Positions 28,637-38,990 are shown, counted from the first letter of the stretch. The stretch: 64,000 nucleotides of DNA from Candidatus Omnitrophota bacterium (GCA_016932855.1 JAFGCB010000016.1:554-64553), one strand, 5' to 3'. Made by a program: numbers and translations. Notes: generated by a model not told the origin, from the letters alone.

Positions 28637-30001
28637 GTAAAGCTGTACATAATCCTTGGCTGCTGTTTCCCAAGAGAAATTAAGACCGGCGACTCTCTTC
28701 TGAAGCGCTGTTAAAGAATCTTTATCCGAAAATAAGGAGCTTGCCCTTTCTACGGCATCTAGCAGGGCCTCCTGGGAATACTGCAAAAAAACAAAACCGT
28801 TACCTTTGGACTTATCCCGGGTGTAATCAACTACCGTATCTTTAAGCCCCCCGGTAGCGTGGACTAAAGGCAGAGTAGAATATTTAAAACTTATCATCTG
28901 CGACAAACCGCAAGGCTCAAACCTTGAAGGCAGAAGGAAAACATCGCTGCAGGCGTAAATCCTATGAGCCAGCGTTTCATCAAACTTAATATGCAAAGAA
29001 AAGCTCTGGGGATGCTTTTTAGCTAAAGAAGAAAGGATATCATGGTACTTTGGATCTCCGGTGCCCAAAATTACCACCTGGTGATTCTTTAATATTGAAG
29101 GCATGGCACCGGAAAGGATATCCACGCCTTTCTGCTCGGTAAGACGCGATACCATACCTAACAGCAAGGTATTTTTATCTTTCTTAAGCCCGAGCTCCTT
29201 TTGAAAAGAAACCTTATTCTGAGCTTTTTTATCTAAATTCTTTTTATCATACTGCAAATATATAGCCTTATCAGAATCCGGATTCCAAACATTGTAATCA
29301 ATAGCGTTTAAGATGCCCGAAACTTTGTGGCTGTGCTGTCTCAATATATGGTCAAGACCGCAGCCGGCTTCTTTCGCCTGAATCTCCTGGGCATAGCTGG
29401 GGCTTACCGTATTTACCCTGTCAGCTTTAATAATCCCGCTCTTAAGAAAATTAAGCTTTGAATAAATCTCCAAGTCCGGCATGTACCCTTTAGAAAGTCC
29501 CAGAAGATCAAATTGGTCTAAGCTAAACAGCCCCTGAAAAGCTAGGTTGTGAATAGTAAGAACGGTCCTAGCCTTTTTGAAAAATTTATCTTTTTTATAA
29601 AACTCCTCCAAATATAAGGGTAAAAGCGAAGACTGCCAATCGTTGCAATGTATGATATCGCAGGAAAAACCTATCTTCTTAAGCACCTCCAAAGACTTCC
29701 TGCAAAAAAAACTAAACCTCTGCAGATTGTCGGGATAATCACCTTGAGCGGTATTATAAAGCTGGTCTCTTAAGTAATAATTATCGTTTTTTATAAACAC
29801 CACCTCAATATTCTTTCCAACCTTTGACAGACCGAAATCTTCGCTTAAGCTTTCGGGCTTTATTCCTTTATAAAGAGGCATAAAAATCTTAACCTCAAGA
29901 CCCAGCTTTTCAAGGCCTAAAGGAAGCGCTCCGGCTACGTCAGCAAGGCCCCCGGTCTTAGCGAAAGGAAAAACCTCAGACGAAAGAAATGCAACTTTCA
30001 T
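28625..30001 (-). CDS. glgA: Glycogen synthase
   Basis: KTGGLADV, HCNDWQ, TIHNLAFQG, PSRFEPCGL, TGGLKDTV; ATG 30001 has GGAGG. Confidence 0.96.
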   Translation of the reverse strand: MKVAFLSSEVFPFAKTGGLADVAGALPLGLEKLGLEVKIFMPLYKGIKPESLSEDFGLSKVGKNIEVVFIKNDNYYLRDQLYNTAQGDYPDNLQRFSFFCRKSLEVLKKIGFSCDIIHCNDWQSSLLPLYLEEFYKKDKFFKKARTVLTIHNLAFQGLFSLDQFDLLGLSKGYMPDLEIYSKLNFLKSGIIKADRVNTVSPSYAQEIQAKEAGCGLDHILRQHSHKVSGILNAIDYNVWNPDSDKAIYLQYDKKNLDKKAQNKVSFQKELGLKKDKNTLLLGMVSRLTEQKGVDILSGAMPSILKNHQVVILGTGDPKYHDILSSLAKKHPQSFSLHIKFDETLAHRIYACSDVFLLPSRFEPCGLSQMISFKYSTLPLVHATGGLKDTVVDYTRDKSKGNGFVFLQYSQEALLDAVERASSLFSDKDSLTALQKRVAGLNFSWETAAKDYVQLYKSA

Positions 30002-30031
30002 TTTTTTCTCCTCCATTTAAAAGTTTTAGGT

Positions 30032-30192
30032 GCTTAAGACCAAAACCTTTTCTTTAATCCTCAATTTTTCGGGTGTAGCGTATAGGATATCGGGTTTTGG
30101 GAAAATAAATACGACACCCGATACGCGATGCCCGATACCCGAAAGACAAGAATCTTGAAACGATTGTCTAGGATCGAAACTTGGTCTTAAGC
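30032..30192. repeat. 12-bp perfect terminal inverted repeat enclosing a TCGGGTA-family hairpin
   Basis: gcttaagaccaa (30032-30043) / ttggtcttaagc (30181-30192, abutting the polA stop); inner tcgggtg tagcgta taggata tcgggtt ... acgacac ccgatac gcgatgc ccgatac ccga. Confidence 0.85.
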
Positions 30193-32721
30193 CTATTTAC
30201 TGGCTTCCAGCCAGGTGTTTCCCCACTGAATATTCACCTTTATCGGCACCGACAAAGAAACAACCTTTTCCATTATATCTTTAGTTAAACTCTTAAGCTC
30301 CTCTAGCTCCGAAGGCTCGACATCAAAAACAAGCTCATCGTGTATCTGAATAATCAGCCTCGAAGAAAAATTCCTGGACTTAAATTCTTGAAAAACCTTT
30401 ATCATGGCCAACTTAATAATATCAGCCGCCGTGCCCTGAATAGGAGCGTTTATAGCCTGACGCAGGCTATACTCAACAAGCCCCTTATTGTAACTTTCAA
30501 TATTTTCCAAATAGCGCCTCCTGCCGAAAATAGTGGTAACAAAACCCTGCTTTTGGGCAAGTTCTTGAGTATAGTCGATATAGCGCTTAACGCCGGGGTA
30601 ACGCACGAAATATTCGGAAATAAAACTCTCTGCTTCGTCTAAAGATACACCCAGCTCTTTAGCCAAACCGTATGGACTCATCCCGTAAACTATCCCGAAG
30701 TTTATCCGTTTGGCGAATTCTCGCTGGCTTAAAGAGACGTCCTTTTCTTGCTTAGAAAATAACAAGGATGCTGTAAACCTATGGATATCTTTATTGGTAT
30801 TAAAAGCCTCTAATAGATGCTCGTCCTTGGAAATATGAGCAAGTATTCTTAGCTCTATCTGGGAATAGTCGGCAGCTAAGATAACCCCGCCTTTAAAAGA
30901 AGGGATAAATGCCGCCCTTATGGCCTTGCCCTGTTCCTCTTTTATAGGAATATTCTGCAGGTTAGGTGAAAAGGAAACTATTCTTCCGGTAGAAGTTGAA
31001 ACCTGGCTAAAGCGGGTAAATATCTTTCCTTTATGCGCCTGGGCTTGGCTTATAAAAGGCTCTATATAGGTGGAAAGAAGTTTTGTAAGTTTTCTGTAGC
31101 TTAATATCTTTTCTATTACAGGATGCTTAGTCTTCAATTTACTTAAGGCCTCCTCGTTAGTGGAAAAACCCGTCTTAGTTCTTTTTACTGGCTTAAGGCC
31201 GAGCTTGCTAAAAAGAATTTCCGAGAGCTGTTTGGGAGAATTAAGATTAAACTTCAAGCCGGCGGTATCAAATATCTCTTTCTCTAAAGAAGATTGTTTT
31301 TCTTTTAGAGAAGAAAGATACTTTTTAAGAAAATCTAAATCTATGCCGATTGACGAAGATTCCATCCAAGCCAAGACCTCTGCGAGAGGAGTTTCAATCT
31401 CATAAAAAAGCTTATCCAGCGAATGATTCTTAAGTTTATCTTCCAGAACCCTGTATACCCTTTCTATAAAACTGACCTTGCTTAACTGGTCGATTTCCTG
31501 CTGGGCTATGTTTAAATGCTCCCAGATGATATCTTCCAGACTTAAATCCTGAAGATGAGACTTAAGAATAAACGAAGCTATCATTACATCAAAAAAAGGA
31601 AGCCTAAGTCTTATATTATATTTAGCAAATTGCAAAATAGCTTCCTTAATATCAAAAGTTACCTTTTTTATATCCGGATCCTCAAGATGCTCTTGGATTT
31701 TCCCCGGGGCTGCCTTATAAATTAAGCCTGAAAAATAGATATAAACGCTCTCCCGGCAAATATAAAATATGAACTCTTTATCCTGTTTTATCTTCTTGGC
31801 AACCGAAGGGCTGTATTCTTTTACAGAGACATCAGAACCAGGCGCTGAGGAAGAAAACTCTTTCATTAAGGATTTAAACTCCAATTCCCTAAATATAGAA
31901 CAAAGCCTGTCCTTATCAGGGAGTCCTATCTTAAGATCTTCCAGCTTTAGATCTATGGGTACGGCCCTATCCAAGGTAGCCAAATCTTTACTTAAAAACG
32001 CTGAATCCTTGGACTCTGCTATGAGTTTTCTTAAGGAATCCCTGGGAATTTTCTGCATGTTCTCTAGAATATTTTCAATGCTTCCGAAGCTCTCGATTAA
32101 ATTTACCGCGTTCTTAGGGCCTATGCCCTTTACACCGGGAATATTATCAGTCGAATCACCGCACAAGCCCAGTAAATCGGGTATATTTCGGGGAGCCACA
32201 CCCATATCTTTTAATACTCTCTGCTCGTCGAGCAATATTTCCTTATTAGGGTTATACAGCATGACGGTTTTATCTTCGACAATCTGAAGTATATCCTTGT
32301 CAGAACTAAAAACCAAACACTTAAAACCAAACTCTTTAGCTTTATCGGCTAAAGTCGCTATAACATCGTCGGCTTCGTAGCCCGGCATCTGGGCGATAGG
32401 AATTCTTAAAGCCTTTACTACTTCCTGTATCCTGGGAATCTGAAGTTTAAGCTCGTCGGGAGTAGGAGGCCGGGTTATCTTATAATCTTTAAATTTATCC
32501 TGCCTAAAAGTCTTTCTGGATACATCAAAGCATATCCCCAGATACAAAGGTTTAAATTCTTTAAGAATCTTTTTTAAAATATTAACGAATCCAAAAACAG
32601 CTCCGGTAGGAAAGCCCTGCGAGTTTCTTAGATCCCGGATTGCAAAGAACGCTCTGTAAGAAAAACTTGTTCCGTCTACAAGATATAATGTCTTTTCAGG
32701 ATCGAATGCGATTTTTTTCAC
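30193..32721 (-). CDS. polA: DNA polymerase I
   Basis: 5'-3' exonuclease (LVDG..YRAFFA, EADDVIAT, GDSTDNIPGV), polymerase motifs ADYSQIELR, KRINFGIVYG, QIHDEL. Confidence 0.97.
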   Translation of the reverse strand: MKKIAFDPEKTLYLVDGTSFSYRAFFAIRDLRNSQGFPTGAVFGFVNILKKILKEFKPLYLGICFDVSRKTFRQDKFKDYKITRPPTPDELKLQIPRIQEVVKALRIPIAQMPGYEADDVIATLADKAKEFGFKCLVFSSDKDILQIVEDKTVMLYNPNKEILLDEQRVLKDMGVAPRNIPDLLGLCGDSTDNIPGVKGIGPKNAVNLIESFGSIENILENMQKIPRDSLRKLIAESKDSAFLSKDLATLDRAVPIDLKLEDLKIGLPDKDRLCSIFRELEFKSLMKEFSSSAPGSDVSVKEYSPSVAKKIKQDKEFIFYICRESVYIYFSGLIYKAAPGKIQEHLEDPDIKKVTFDIKEAILQFAKYNIRLRLPFFDVMIASFILKSHLQDLSLEDIIWEHLNIAQQEIDQLSKVSFIERVYRVLEDKLKNHSLDKLFYEIETPLAEVLAWMESSSIGIDLDFLKKYLSSLKEKQSSLEKEIFDTAGLKFNLNSPKQLSEILFSKLGLKPVKRTKTGFSTNEEALSKLKTKHPVIEKILSYRKLTKLLSTYIEPFISQAQAHKGKIFTRFSQVSTSTGRIVSFSPNLQNIPIKEEQGKAIRAAFIPSFKGGVILAADYSQIELRILAHISKDEHLLEAFNTNKDIHRFTASLLFSKQEKDVSLSQREFAKRINFGIVYGMSPYGLAKELGVSLDEAESFISEYFVRYPGVKRYIDYTQELAQKQGFVTTIFGRRRYLENIESYNKGLVEYSLRQAINAPIQGTAADIIKLAMIKVFQEFKSRNFSSRLIIQIHDELVFDVEPSELEELKSLTKDIMEKVVSLSVPIKVNIQWGNTWLEASK

Positions 32722-32865
32722 AGAGTTTTAAGGGATAGGGAGGCGAAACTCCTATAAATTTACCTTAAACGATACTATTAGAATATGGTGGATTTTGGTC
32801 GATAGATTTTGAAAAAGGATTATTCTTAAGCTCTTTCCAAGGCTTATAAAAAACTGGAAAGAGCT

Positions 32866-32948
32866 TGATTACAAAGATTCTAATAAGATTACAGAGATTT
32901 GTAGTTAGAAAGACAATCTCTGAAATCTATATCTAATCACCGTAATCA
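32866..32948. repeat. Period-~9 inverted repeat (GATTAC family)
   Basis: tgattacaaa gattctaataa gattacaga gatt ... aatctctga aatctatatct aatcaccgt aatca. Confidence 0.75.
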
Positions 32949-33034
32949 TAAATTTTTCCCTGATTTTTTCCCTAAAAATGTATCCCCTTACTATAAAGAG
33001 TTAAAAAATTAATCTATGAAGGGAGGAAAAATTC

Positions 33035-33856
33035 TTATTCTCTTGGGACTTCAGGAACTAACGTGAGCGCTTTCCTTAACTCTTGCATTAAAGATAAATA
33101 ATCTTTTCTGTCTAAATAACTCAGGCTGTTATTTAAATGGGCTTTGATTTCTTCTCTGGCTGCCCCTTCCCGGGCAGTATTTTGATACTTAGTAGCCTCG
33201 GCAATCAAGGTCTCATCAGACGGCTGTAAAAGAACAACCGCCTCAAACTCTTTAATCGCCTCTTTATAGAGGCCGCTGGAAAAAGCTTGAAGACCTGCTT
33301 CAAAATGCATCTTGGCTTCCTGGAGCACTCTTAAGCGCTCCTCTTCCTTCAGTACGGCCATATTGCGGGAAAAAACCTCTGCTTCTTCAGCCAGCTCTTC
33401 CTGTCTGGCCTGAGGATATGTGCCTAATTTTATAAGGTGCTCGCGGGCTTTCTGCCTCCAATAACCGCCTTTTTTTCCCATAAGATATCTTTTTTTCCAG
33501 TAGTGAGTGGCCTTAAGGGGCTGATTTCTCTTTTCATAAAGAAAACCCAGATTGGAGTAAGGAGCAAGATAATTAGGGTCGATTTCTATTGCTTTCAAAT
33601 ACATAACCTCGGCCCTGTCTAAATCACCCATCGTCTCGTATACTACGCCGGCATCATTATAGGCCTCCTTATAAAAGGGGTTCATCTGGGTGGCTTTCAA
33701 ATAAGAAGAAAGCGCTCCTTTTAAATCTCCTCTTGTCTGAAGCTCGTAGCCCTCTTGCCTATACGATAGGGCCTCTTCTTCCATGACGCCGTAAACAGGG
33801 AAAACCAAGAAAAGGCAGGAAATAAGAATACAAATAGATAAAAACGTTTTCAGCAT
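33035..33856 (-). CDS. Exported TPR protein
   Basis: Signal-like N-terminus; TPR motifs AYNDAGVVYE, YSNLGFLYE. Confidence 0.85.
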   Translation of the reverse strand: MLKTFLSICILISCLFLVFPVYGVMEEEALSYRQEGYELQTRGDLKGALSSYLKATQMNPFYKEAYNDAGVVYETMGDLDRAEVMYLKAIEIDPNYLAPYSNLGFLYEKRNQPLKATHYWKKRYLMGKKGGYWRQKAREHLIKLGTYPQARQEELAEEAEVFSRNMAVLKEEERLRVLQEAKMHFEAGLQAFSSGLYKEAIKEFEAVVLLQPSDETLIAEATKYQNTAREGAAREEIKAHLNNSLSYLDRKDYLSLMQELRKALTLVPEVPRE

Positions 33857-33867
33857 AACTTTTTTTT

Positions 33868-33896
33868 ACATTAACATATTATTATTTCTCTGTCAA
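33868..33896 (-). promoter_or_regulatory. Putative sigma70 promoter of the TPR gene
   Basis: TTGACA-17nt-TAATGT, ending 11 nt before the ATG. Confidence 0.5.
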
Positions 33897-33939
33897 TAAA
33901 AAACTCAGTAGTTTCAAGGGGTTACATAAATTTACGCCC

Positions 33940-35040
33940 CTAGAGTTGCTTGAGCAGCATTTCAATATCAACATACTTCTCAACAATATCCTTTGCCATT
34001 CTGGTCTTCTGGCAATCCTCGGGCTTTATTTTAACCGTCAAATCATGCACGCTGGAAGCCACGCTGTAGGTATCTGCCTTTGCTAAAAGAAGAGGAATCT
34101 GGGCCCGTCTTACCAAATCGATAATAGTCTGGTGAGGCTTAATCCCGCCGGTTAATACAATGCCGGCAATCTTTAAACCTTCTTTAGCCCTGTCCATTTG
34201 AAAGCCGACTACCGCCAAAATCAAATCCTCCCTATCCCCAGGGGTTATGACAAGACAACGGTCGGAAAAATAGCTTAGAGCATCGTGAGGCGCCATTGCC
34301 CCTACTAATATCTTATCTATGTATACGCCTATCCCGTTCTTTCCGGCCAAAAGCTCAAAACCCAACTCTTCTAGTACCTGACCCACGGTTGGCTCGGACA
34401 ACGACCTTACGTAAGGAATAACTCCCAAAACTTTAAGACCTCTTTTTTTTAAACCCATACGGACTATTTTATTAACTTTCTCGTATTTATCAGCCTTTAC
34501 CTTATTGATTATCGCCCCGATAACTTCAACCTTTTCTTTCTCAAATAAGGCCTTGCTAAGCATTATTTCATCAATAGGCCGGCCTATGCCGCCGCTGGCA
34601 ACTATTACTACTTTCGAATCTAACAGCTTGGCTACCGCGGCGTTAGAAAGCCCAAAGACCGAACCTACCCCGGCATGACCCGTACCTTCGATTACTACCA
34701 GATCTTTGTCTTTACTTACAGCCTCAAATGAATTCTTAATCTTTTTTGTAAGCTCCTTATTGCTGCCCTTTAGAATATATTTCTTGGTAAAGCCCTTCTC
34801 GATAGCTATCGGGCTCATATCCTGAATTTTGCACTCAATGCCGCAAACCTTTTCTATCAATACCGAATCCTCGTCTACTTTGTGACCCTGTTCAACAAGA
34901 TATCTCTGGCCCACCGGTTTTATGAAACCGACCTTTTGAAATCTCTCTTTGAGGGCGCAGATTAAGCCGAGGCTGACGCTGGTCTTTCCATCATTCTGCC
35001 CGGTTGCCGAAATAAATATCTTGTGCACCTTATTCTTCAT
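33940..35040 (-). CDS. BioD-like P-loop + DRTGG protein (Pta N-terminal domains without the catalytic PTA domain)
   Basis: ISATGQNDGKT, GFIKPVG, VIEGTGH, VITPGDREDL, IVLTGG; ends at 366 aa. Confidence 0.85.
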   Translation of the reverse strand: MKNKVHKIFISATGQNDGKTSVSLGLICALKERFQKVGFIKPVGQRYLVEQGHKVDEDSVLIEKVCGIECKIQDMSPIAIEKGFTKKYILKGSNKELTKKIKNSFEAVSKDKDLVVIEGTGHAGVGSVFGLSNAAVAKLLDSKVVIVASGGIGRPIDEIMLSKALFEKEKVEVIGAIINKVKADKYEKVNKIVRMGLKKRGLKVLGVIPYVRSLSEPTVGQVLEELGFELLAGKNGIGVYIDKILVGAMAPHDALSYFSDRCLVITPGDREDLILAVVGFQMDRAKEGLKIAGIVLTGGIKPHQTIIDLVRRAQIPLLLAKADTYSVASSVHDLTVKIKPEDCQKTRMAKDIVEKYVDIEMLLKQL

Positions 35041-35051
35041 AGTTTTGTCTT

Positions 35052-35092
35052 ACACAGATGATTGCAGATAAACCATCTGTGATCATCTGTGT
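35052..35092. repeat. Period-9 inverted repeat (CAGAT family) abutting a stop codon
   Basis: acacagatgattgcagat-aaacc-atctgtgatcatctgtgt. Confidence 0.8.
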
Positions 35093-36385
35093 TTATTTTT
35101 TTTCCCACTTCAAAAGCTCTATAACTTTTCCCAAGGTGGAGCCTTTATTAATTTCTTCTCGTAATCTATTTTCCTGTTCCAAAATGCTCATGGCCCGGTT
35201 GGCAACCTCAACTGCTCTATCTTCGGGAATACAGACTACCCCGTCATCATCCCCTACTATCCAATCTCCGCTGCACACCCTTATTCCTGAAATTTTAACG
35301 CAGACTCCTATTTCCCCGAAACCTTTTGGCTCACCGGCAGTAGGAGTAATGAGCTTGGAGAAAACAGGAAATCTTAGCTTGCGTATTTGCGAAGTATCCC
35401 TGACCGCTCCGTCTACTACTATTCCGGAAAGCTTCCTGTTTAGGGCCGCGCAGGTGGCAAGCTCCCCCCAAACAGCTGGCCCTACCCCCCCGGCATCTAT
35501 TACCAAAACATCGCCTGCCTGAGCGCAATCAATAGCTTCTACTGTCTTTGCCCAATCTCCGGGATAGGTACGCACAGTAAGCGCCCGGCCGACCATTTTT
35601 ATACCCTTAAAAAGGGGATGGATTTCTTTTAAATCACCGCTTCTGTGCAGGGCATCGGAAAGATTAGCGGCTGAAACCTTCATTAAGACTTCACGAACCC
35701 CGGAAAAAGAAACTCTCTTAAAATACTCGCTTTTAATCGCCCTGCCGGTAGTAATAACTTTCTGAATGGCTTTAGCTGCTTGCTTAGGATTCTTGGCCTT
35801 GGTAACCGCGCCGCCTACTATCACTATGCTCGCTCCGGCTTTTACTGCCAGGTGAGCGGTCTGGGAATTTATTCCTCCGGCGCAGGCCACAGGGATAGAA
35901 ACCGCCTTAGCGACTTTGCGCAAGCGGGAGAAAGGATCTTTACCCTGCATCTGCTCATCAATAGGGCAATGCACGCTTATGTAATCAACTCCCAGCTCCT
36001 GAATTTTCCGGGCTCGTTTTTCTATCTGGCTTTCTTTGACCTCGATAAGGTCTACTTCCACTTTTATGCCGTAGTTTTTGCCGGCTTCAACGCACTCTCT
36101 TATGGTGCTATCGGAAGAAAGGCCCAGCACGGAAATAATATCTGCTCCGGCCTTAGCTGCTGCCTCGGCTTCGATTCTTCCCACGTCCATAGTCTTCATA
36201 TCAGCGATTATCGTAGCTTTTGGAAACTTTTTGCGAAGGACCCGTATGCTATTGAGGCCTTCGCTTTTTATCAAAGGGGTTCCGGCTTCAATCCAGCTAA
36301 CCCCTGCCGCTACAGCTTCTTCAGCTACGGCCAAAGCTCGTTTGAGATTTAAAAAATCCAAAGCAACCTGTAATACCGGTTTCAT
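35093..36385 (-). CDS. hxlA: 3-hexulose-6-phosphate synthase fused to RraA/HMG-aldolase-like domain
   Basis: LQVALD, IEAGTPLIKSEG, ADMKTMD.G, AGGI; C-terminal ANLSDAL, AVWGELA, VDGAVRD, GDDDGVV. Confidence 0.88.
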   Translation of the reverse strand: MKPVLQVALDFLNLKRALAVAEEAVAAGVSWIEAGTPLIKSEGLNSIRVLRKKFPKATIIADMKTMDVGRIEAEAAAKAGADIISVLGLSSDSTIRECVEAGKNYGIKVEVDLIEVKESQIEKRARKIQELGVDYISVHCPIDEQMQGKDPFSRLRKVAKAVSIPVACAGGINSQTAHLAVKAGASIVIVGGAVTKAKNPKQAAKAIQKVITTGRAIKSEYFKRVSFSGVREVLMKVSAANLSDALHRSGDLKEIHPLFKGIKMVGRALTVRTYPGDWAKTVEAIDCAQAGDVLVIDAGGVGPAVWGELATCAALNRKLSGIVVDGAVRDTSQIRKLRFPVFSKLITPTAGEPKGFGEIGVCVKISGIRVCSGDWIVGDDDGVVCIPEDRAVEVANRAMSILEQENRLREEINKGSTLGKVIELLKWEKK

Positions 36386-36408
36386 ATCCTCACACCTTAA
36401 TTCCAACT

Positions 36409-36600
36409 GTCAAAACCCAAATTAAATCCCAAACCCCAATACTTCCAAATCCCAAACTTTATACGAATGTACGAATTTTTTACGAATCTACGAATAATCT
36501 AAAAGACCATTCGTATATTCGCAGTGATTCGTAAATTCGTAGGTTTGTTTGGTAGTATTGAAGATTGGAATTTTGGATTTGACATTTGGAATTTGTCGTT
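36409..36600. repeat. AAATCCC-family inverted repeat with a nested TACGAAT hairpin
   Basis: Outer arm nearly identical to the reverse complement of 20310-20358; inner tacgaat x4 / attcgta-like x4 at 36462-36541. Confidence 0.85.
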
Positions 36601-36606
36601 AATATT

Positions 36607-37026
36607 CTATTCTCCGATTATCTGCACAACAAGCTCGCGCGAACGAGAGCGGTTATCGAAATCAATAAAAACAATCTGCTGCCAGGTGCCCAGAAGTAAA
36701 TTCTTGTCAGAAAAAGGTACCGTAAGAGACGGGCCTAATAAGGCGGCCCGGACATGAGAGAAACCGTTGCCGTCCTGCCAGCGTATATTGTGATGGTACT
36801 CGCCCTTACGAGGCGCTATTATCTCGAAAGCCTCTTTTATATCCTCTATTAAACCTGGCTCATACTCAATAGTAGTAAGAGCTCCTGTTGAACCAGAAAC
36901 AAAAATCGTAGCTATGCCTTTTTTTAGAGAACTTTCCTTAAGGCAGGAATCTACCTTATCAGTAATGTCTATTATATCACTCTCGCCCTTTGATTTCAGT
37001 TTTATAGTTTTTGTTACAACGGACAT
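36607..37026 (-). CDS. YjbQ/UPF0047 family protein
   Basis: IIDITD, GSTGALTTIEYEPGL, NGFSHVRA, LGTWQQI..IDFD. Confidence 0.92.
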   Translation of the reverse strand: MSVVTKTIKLKSKGESDIIDITDKVDSCLKESSLKKGIATIFVSGSTGALTTIEYEPGLIEDIKEAFEIIAPRKGEYHHNIRWQDGNGFSHVRAALLGPSLTVPFSDKNLLLGTWQQIVFIDFDNRSRSRELVVQIIGE

Positions 37027-37144
37027 AACAAAAAAATTAAAATTTAAAAACTAAAAACGCAAATTAAAGACTTAAAGATCTTAGCCCAAGATTTAATATT
37101 GAAAATACGTTAGTATCTACTTTTGATTTTTTAGTTTTGACTTT

Positions 37145-37933
37145 TTACTTTTTCTTGTAGGCGTCTAAATATGAATCGCAATAGATATTCTTATTAAGTA
37201 AAAGTTCGGCCGTAATCATAGCGTCCATAAGCTCTTTATCCATCGGGTCTACGATAGCGGCGTCCAATCCTTGAGCCTGAGCCATAATCAGAAAAGTCCT
37301 ATTAATAAGACTGCGGTTTTCCGTGCCTTGAGAAACATTGCTTAAACCTACCACTGTCTTAGGAGGCGGGTTATACAAAAACCTGAATTCCCTTAGAGCT
37401 TCCAGGGCCTCGAGAGACTGGGGCTGGGCTACATTAACCGGAAGTACAATAGGGTCAATATAAAGCTCTTCTAAATTAAACCCTGCCTCGACACAAGAGG
37501 TAAGAATTGCCGCGGCATACTCGCTCCTCTGGGCTCTGTCTCTGGGAACGCCGCTTTTGCCGAGAGTAAGACCGATCAATCTTGCCTTGTACTGCTTGGC
37601 CATAGGAACAAAAATGTCTAGTTTTTCTTTATCGGCGGTAGATGAGTTTACCATTGCCTTGTTTTTGACTACTTTTAAGCCTTCCTCGATAACAGCCGGC
37701 TTTGTACTGTCAAGGCAAAGCCCTGCGTCAACCACTTCTTGAATTGTTTCAACGAGCCACTTCATAGCCTCCTGGGCGTCCTTGGCAGCCGGGCCGACAT
37801 TTACATCCAGCATAGACGCTCCGCTGGCTACCTGTTTTTTGGCTAAATCCTGAATAACTTTTTTATCCCGCTCTTTTATGGCTTTACCTACATCTTTGTA
37901 CATACCGTTGATTCTCTCGCCGATAACTAGCAT
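37145..37933 (-). CDS. acsE: Methyltetrahydrofolate:corrinoid Fe-S protein methyltransferase
   Basis: IGERING, LDVN, LDS, YIDP, GLSNVS, GLDAAIVDP; last gene of the acs cluster. Confidence 0.93.
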   Translation of the reverse strand: MLVIGERINGMYKDVGKAIKERDKKVIQDLAKKQVASGASMLDVNVGPAAKDAQEAMKWLVETIQEVVDAGLCLDSTKPAVIEEGLKVVKNKAMVNSSTADKEKLDIFVPMAKQYKARLIGLTLGKSGVPRDRAQRSEYAAAILTSCVEAGFNLEELYIDPIVLPVNVAQPQSLEALEALREFRFLYNPPPKTVVGLSNVSQGTENRSLINRTFLIMAQAQGLDAAIVDPMDKELMDAMITAELLLNKNIYCDSYLDAYKKK

Positions 37934-37956
37934 CTCCACCTCACTTCTTTAGGTAG

Positions 37957-38026
37957 AAACCAGACTTAAATGCCAGATTCCAAAAGCAAATATCTTCTTC
38001 TGGTTACTGGTTGCTGGCTTCTGGTT
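37957..38026. repeat. Period-7 inverted repeat (CCAG/CTGG family)
   Basis: aaccagac..tgccagat tccaaa ... ctggtta ctggttg ctggctt ctggtt, running into the acsD stop. Confidence 0.65.
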
Positions 38027-38990
38027 ACTTTTTCATCAGCTTATCAATAGTCTGATTTACAATCGATATTGCCTTAGGATGACGCATAACCAAGATGTCC
38101 GCTCCGCAGAGAAGCATGGAAGTAGCGGTGATTACTTCCCACATTAAACCGCGCTCTACTTCCGGGCCCCATTCCGGATGCTCGGCTTGAGGAGTCTTTG
38201 CCTCTTTAGCCCTCCAGGCCTCAAATCCCACAAAACAGATAAAAGGCATGGAAAGCATCTTATCCCCGGCCAAAGCCGCAAGGCGGGCTCTTTCCATAAT
38301 CGAATAGGCGTATTCCATACCGTATCCTAAAGCCCCGATAGTAGGATTTATGGCAATCTTTTCTAAAGGAAAGCCCATATCAGAAATAAGTATATTTACC
38401 TGCTTGGCAATATTGATATCAATGGGCGACTCGGCAATAATGCTGTGACCGTCGGCAAGACAGGACGCGGTAAGGGTCTTGTAATTTTCCTGCGTAGCAT
38501 CACCAAAGAGACAATTTTCTCCCTTAGCAGCCTCACTACACTTAGGAAGCACAAGGTTGTCTTTCTCGTCATTTCCCGAACCTAAAATAATCAAAGGTAC
38601 GCCCACTGCCCCAAGAATTGCCTTAACAGTACTTGCCGCTTTATCAGGTGAAGCATCTCCAAAATCAGGATGGGTACTCTGAAGCTTAAGGCACAGGACT
38701 TCAGCCTTATATTCGTTGACGCACTTTTTCGCCCATTCCACGGGATTATCCAGAACACCGTTAAACGGTTCACTAAGAGCCTTCGGCCAATCAGGCGGTT
38801 TTGTATCCAGTATCTCCATAGCGATGACAGGCCTGTGAGGCATCTGACCGTCGCTGAAAAGATAGGGTAGGGTCGAAACTCCTCCTACAGTAAGCGTGGA
38901 ACTGCGGCTGCCGCCTTCTTCCATACCGGAGCCTAACTTCAAAGTATTCACCTTATTCACCCATTTGTCTCTTATCAATTCTACAGCCAT
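38025..38990 (-). CDS. acsD: Corrinoid Fe-S protein small subunit
   Basis: SPIDINIAKQ, GALGYGMEYAYSIMERARLAAL, VMRHP. Confidence 0.94.
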   Translation of the reverse strand: MAVELIRDKWVNKVNTLKLGSGMEEGGSRSSTLTVGGVSTLPYLFSDGQMPHRPVIAMEILDTKPPDWPKALSEPFNGVLDNPVEWAKKCVNEYKAEVLCLKLQSTHPDFGDASPDKAASTVKAILGAVGVPLIILGSGNDEKDNLVLPKCSEAAKGENCLFGDATQENYKTLTASCLADGHSIIAESPIDINIAKQVNILISDMGFPLEKIAINPTIGALGYGMEYAYSIMERARLAALAGDKMLSMPFICFVGFEAWRAKEAKTPQAEHPEWGPEVERGLMWEVITATSMLLCGADILVMRHPKAISIVNQTIDKLMKK

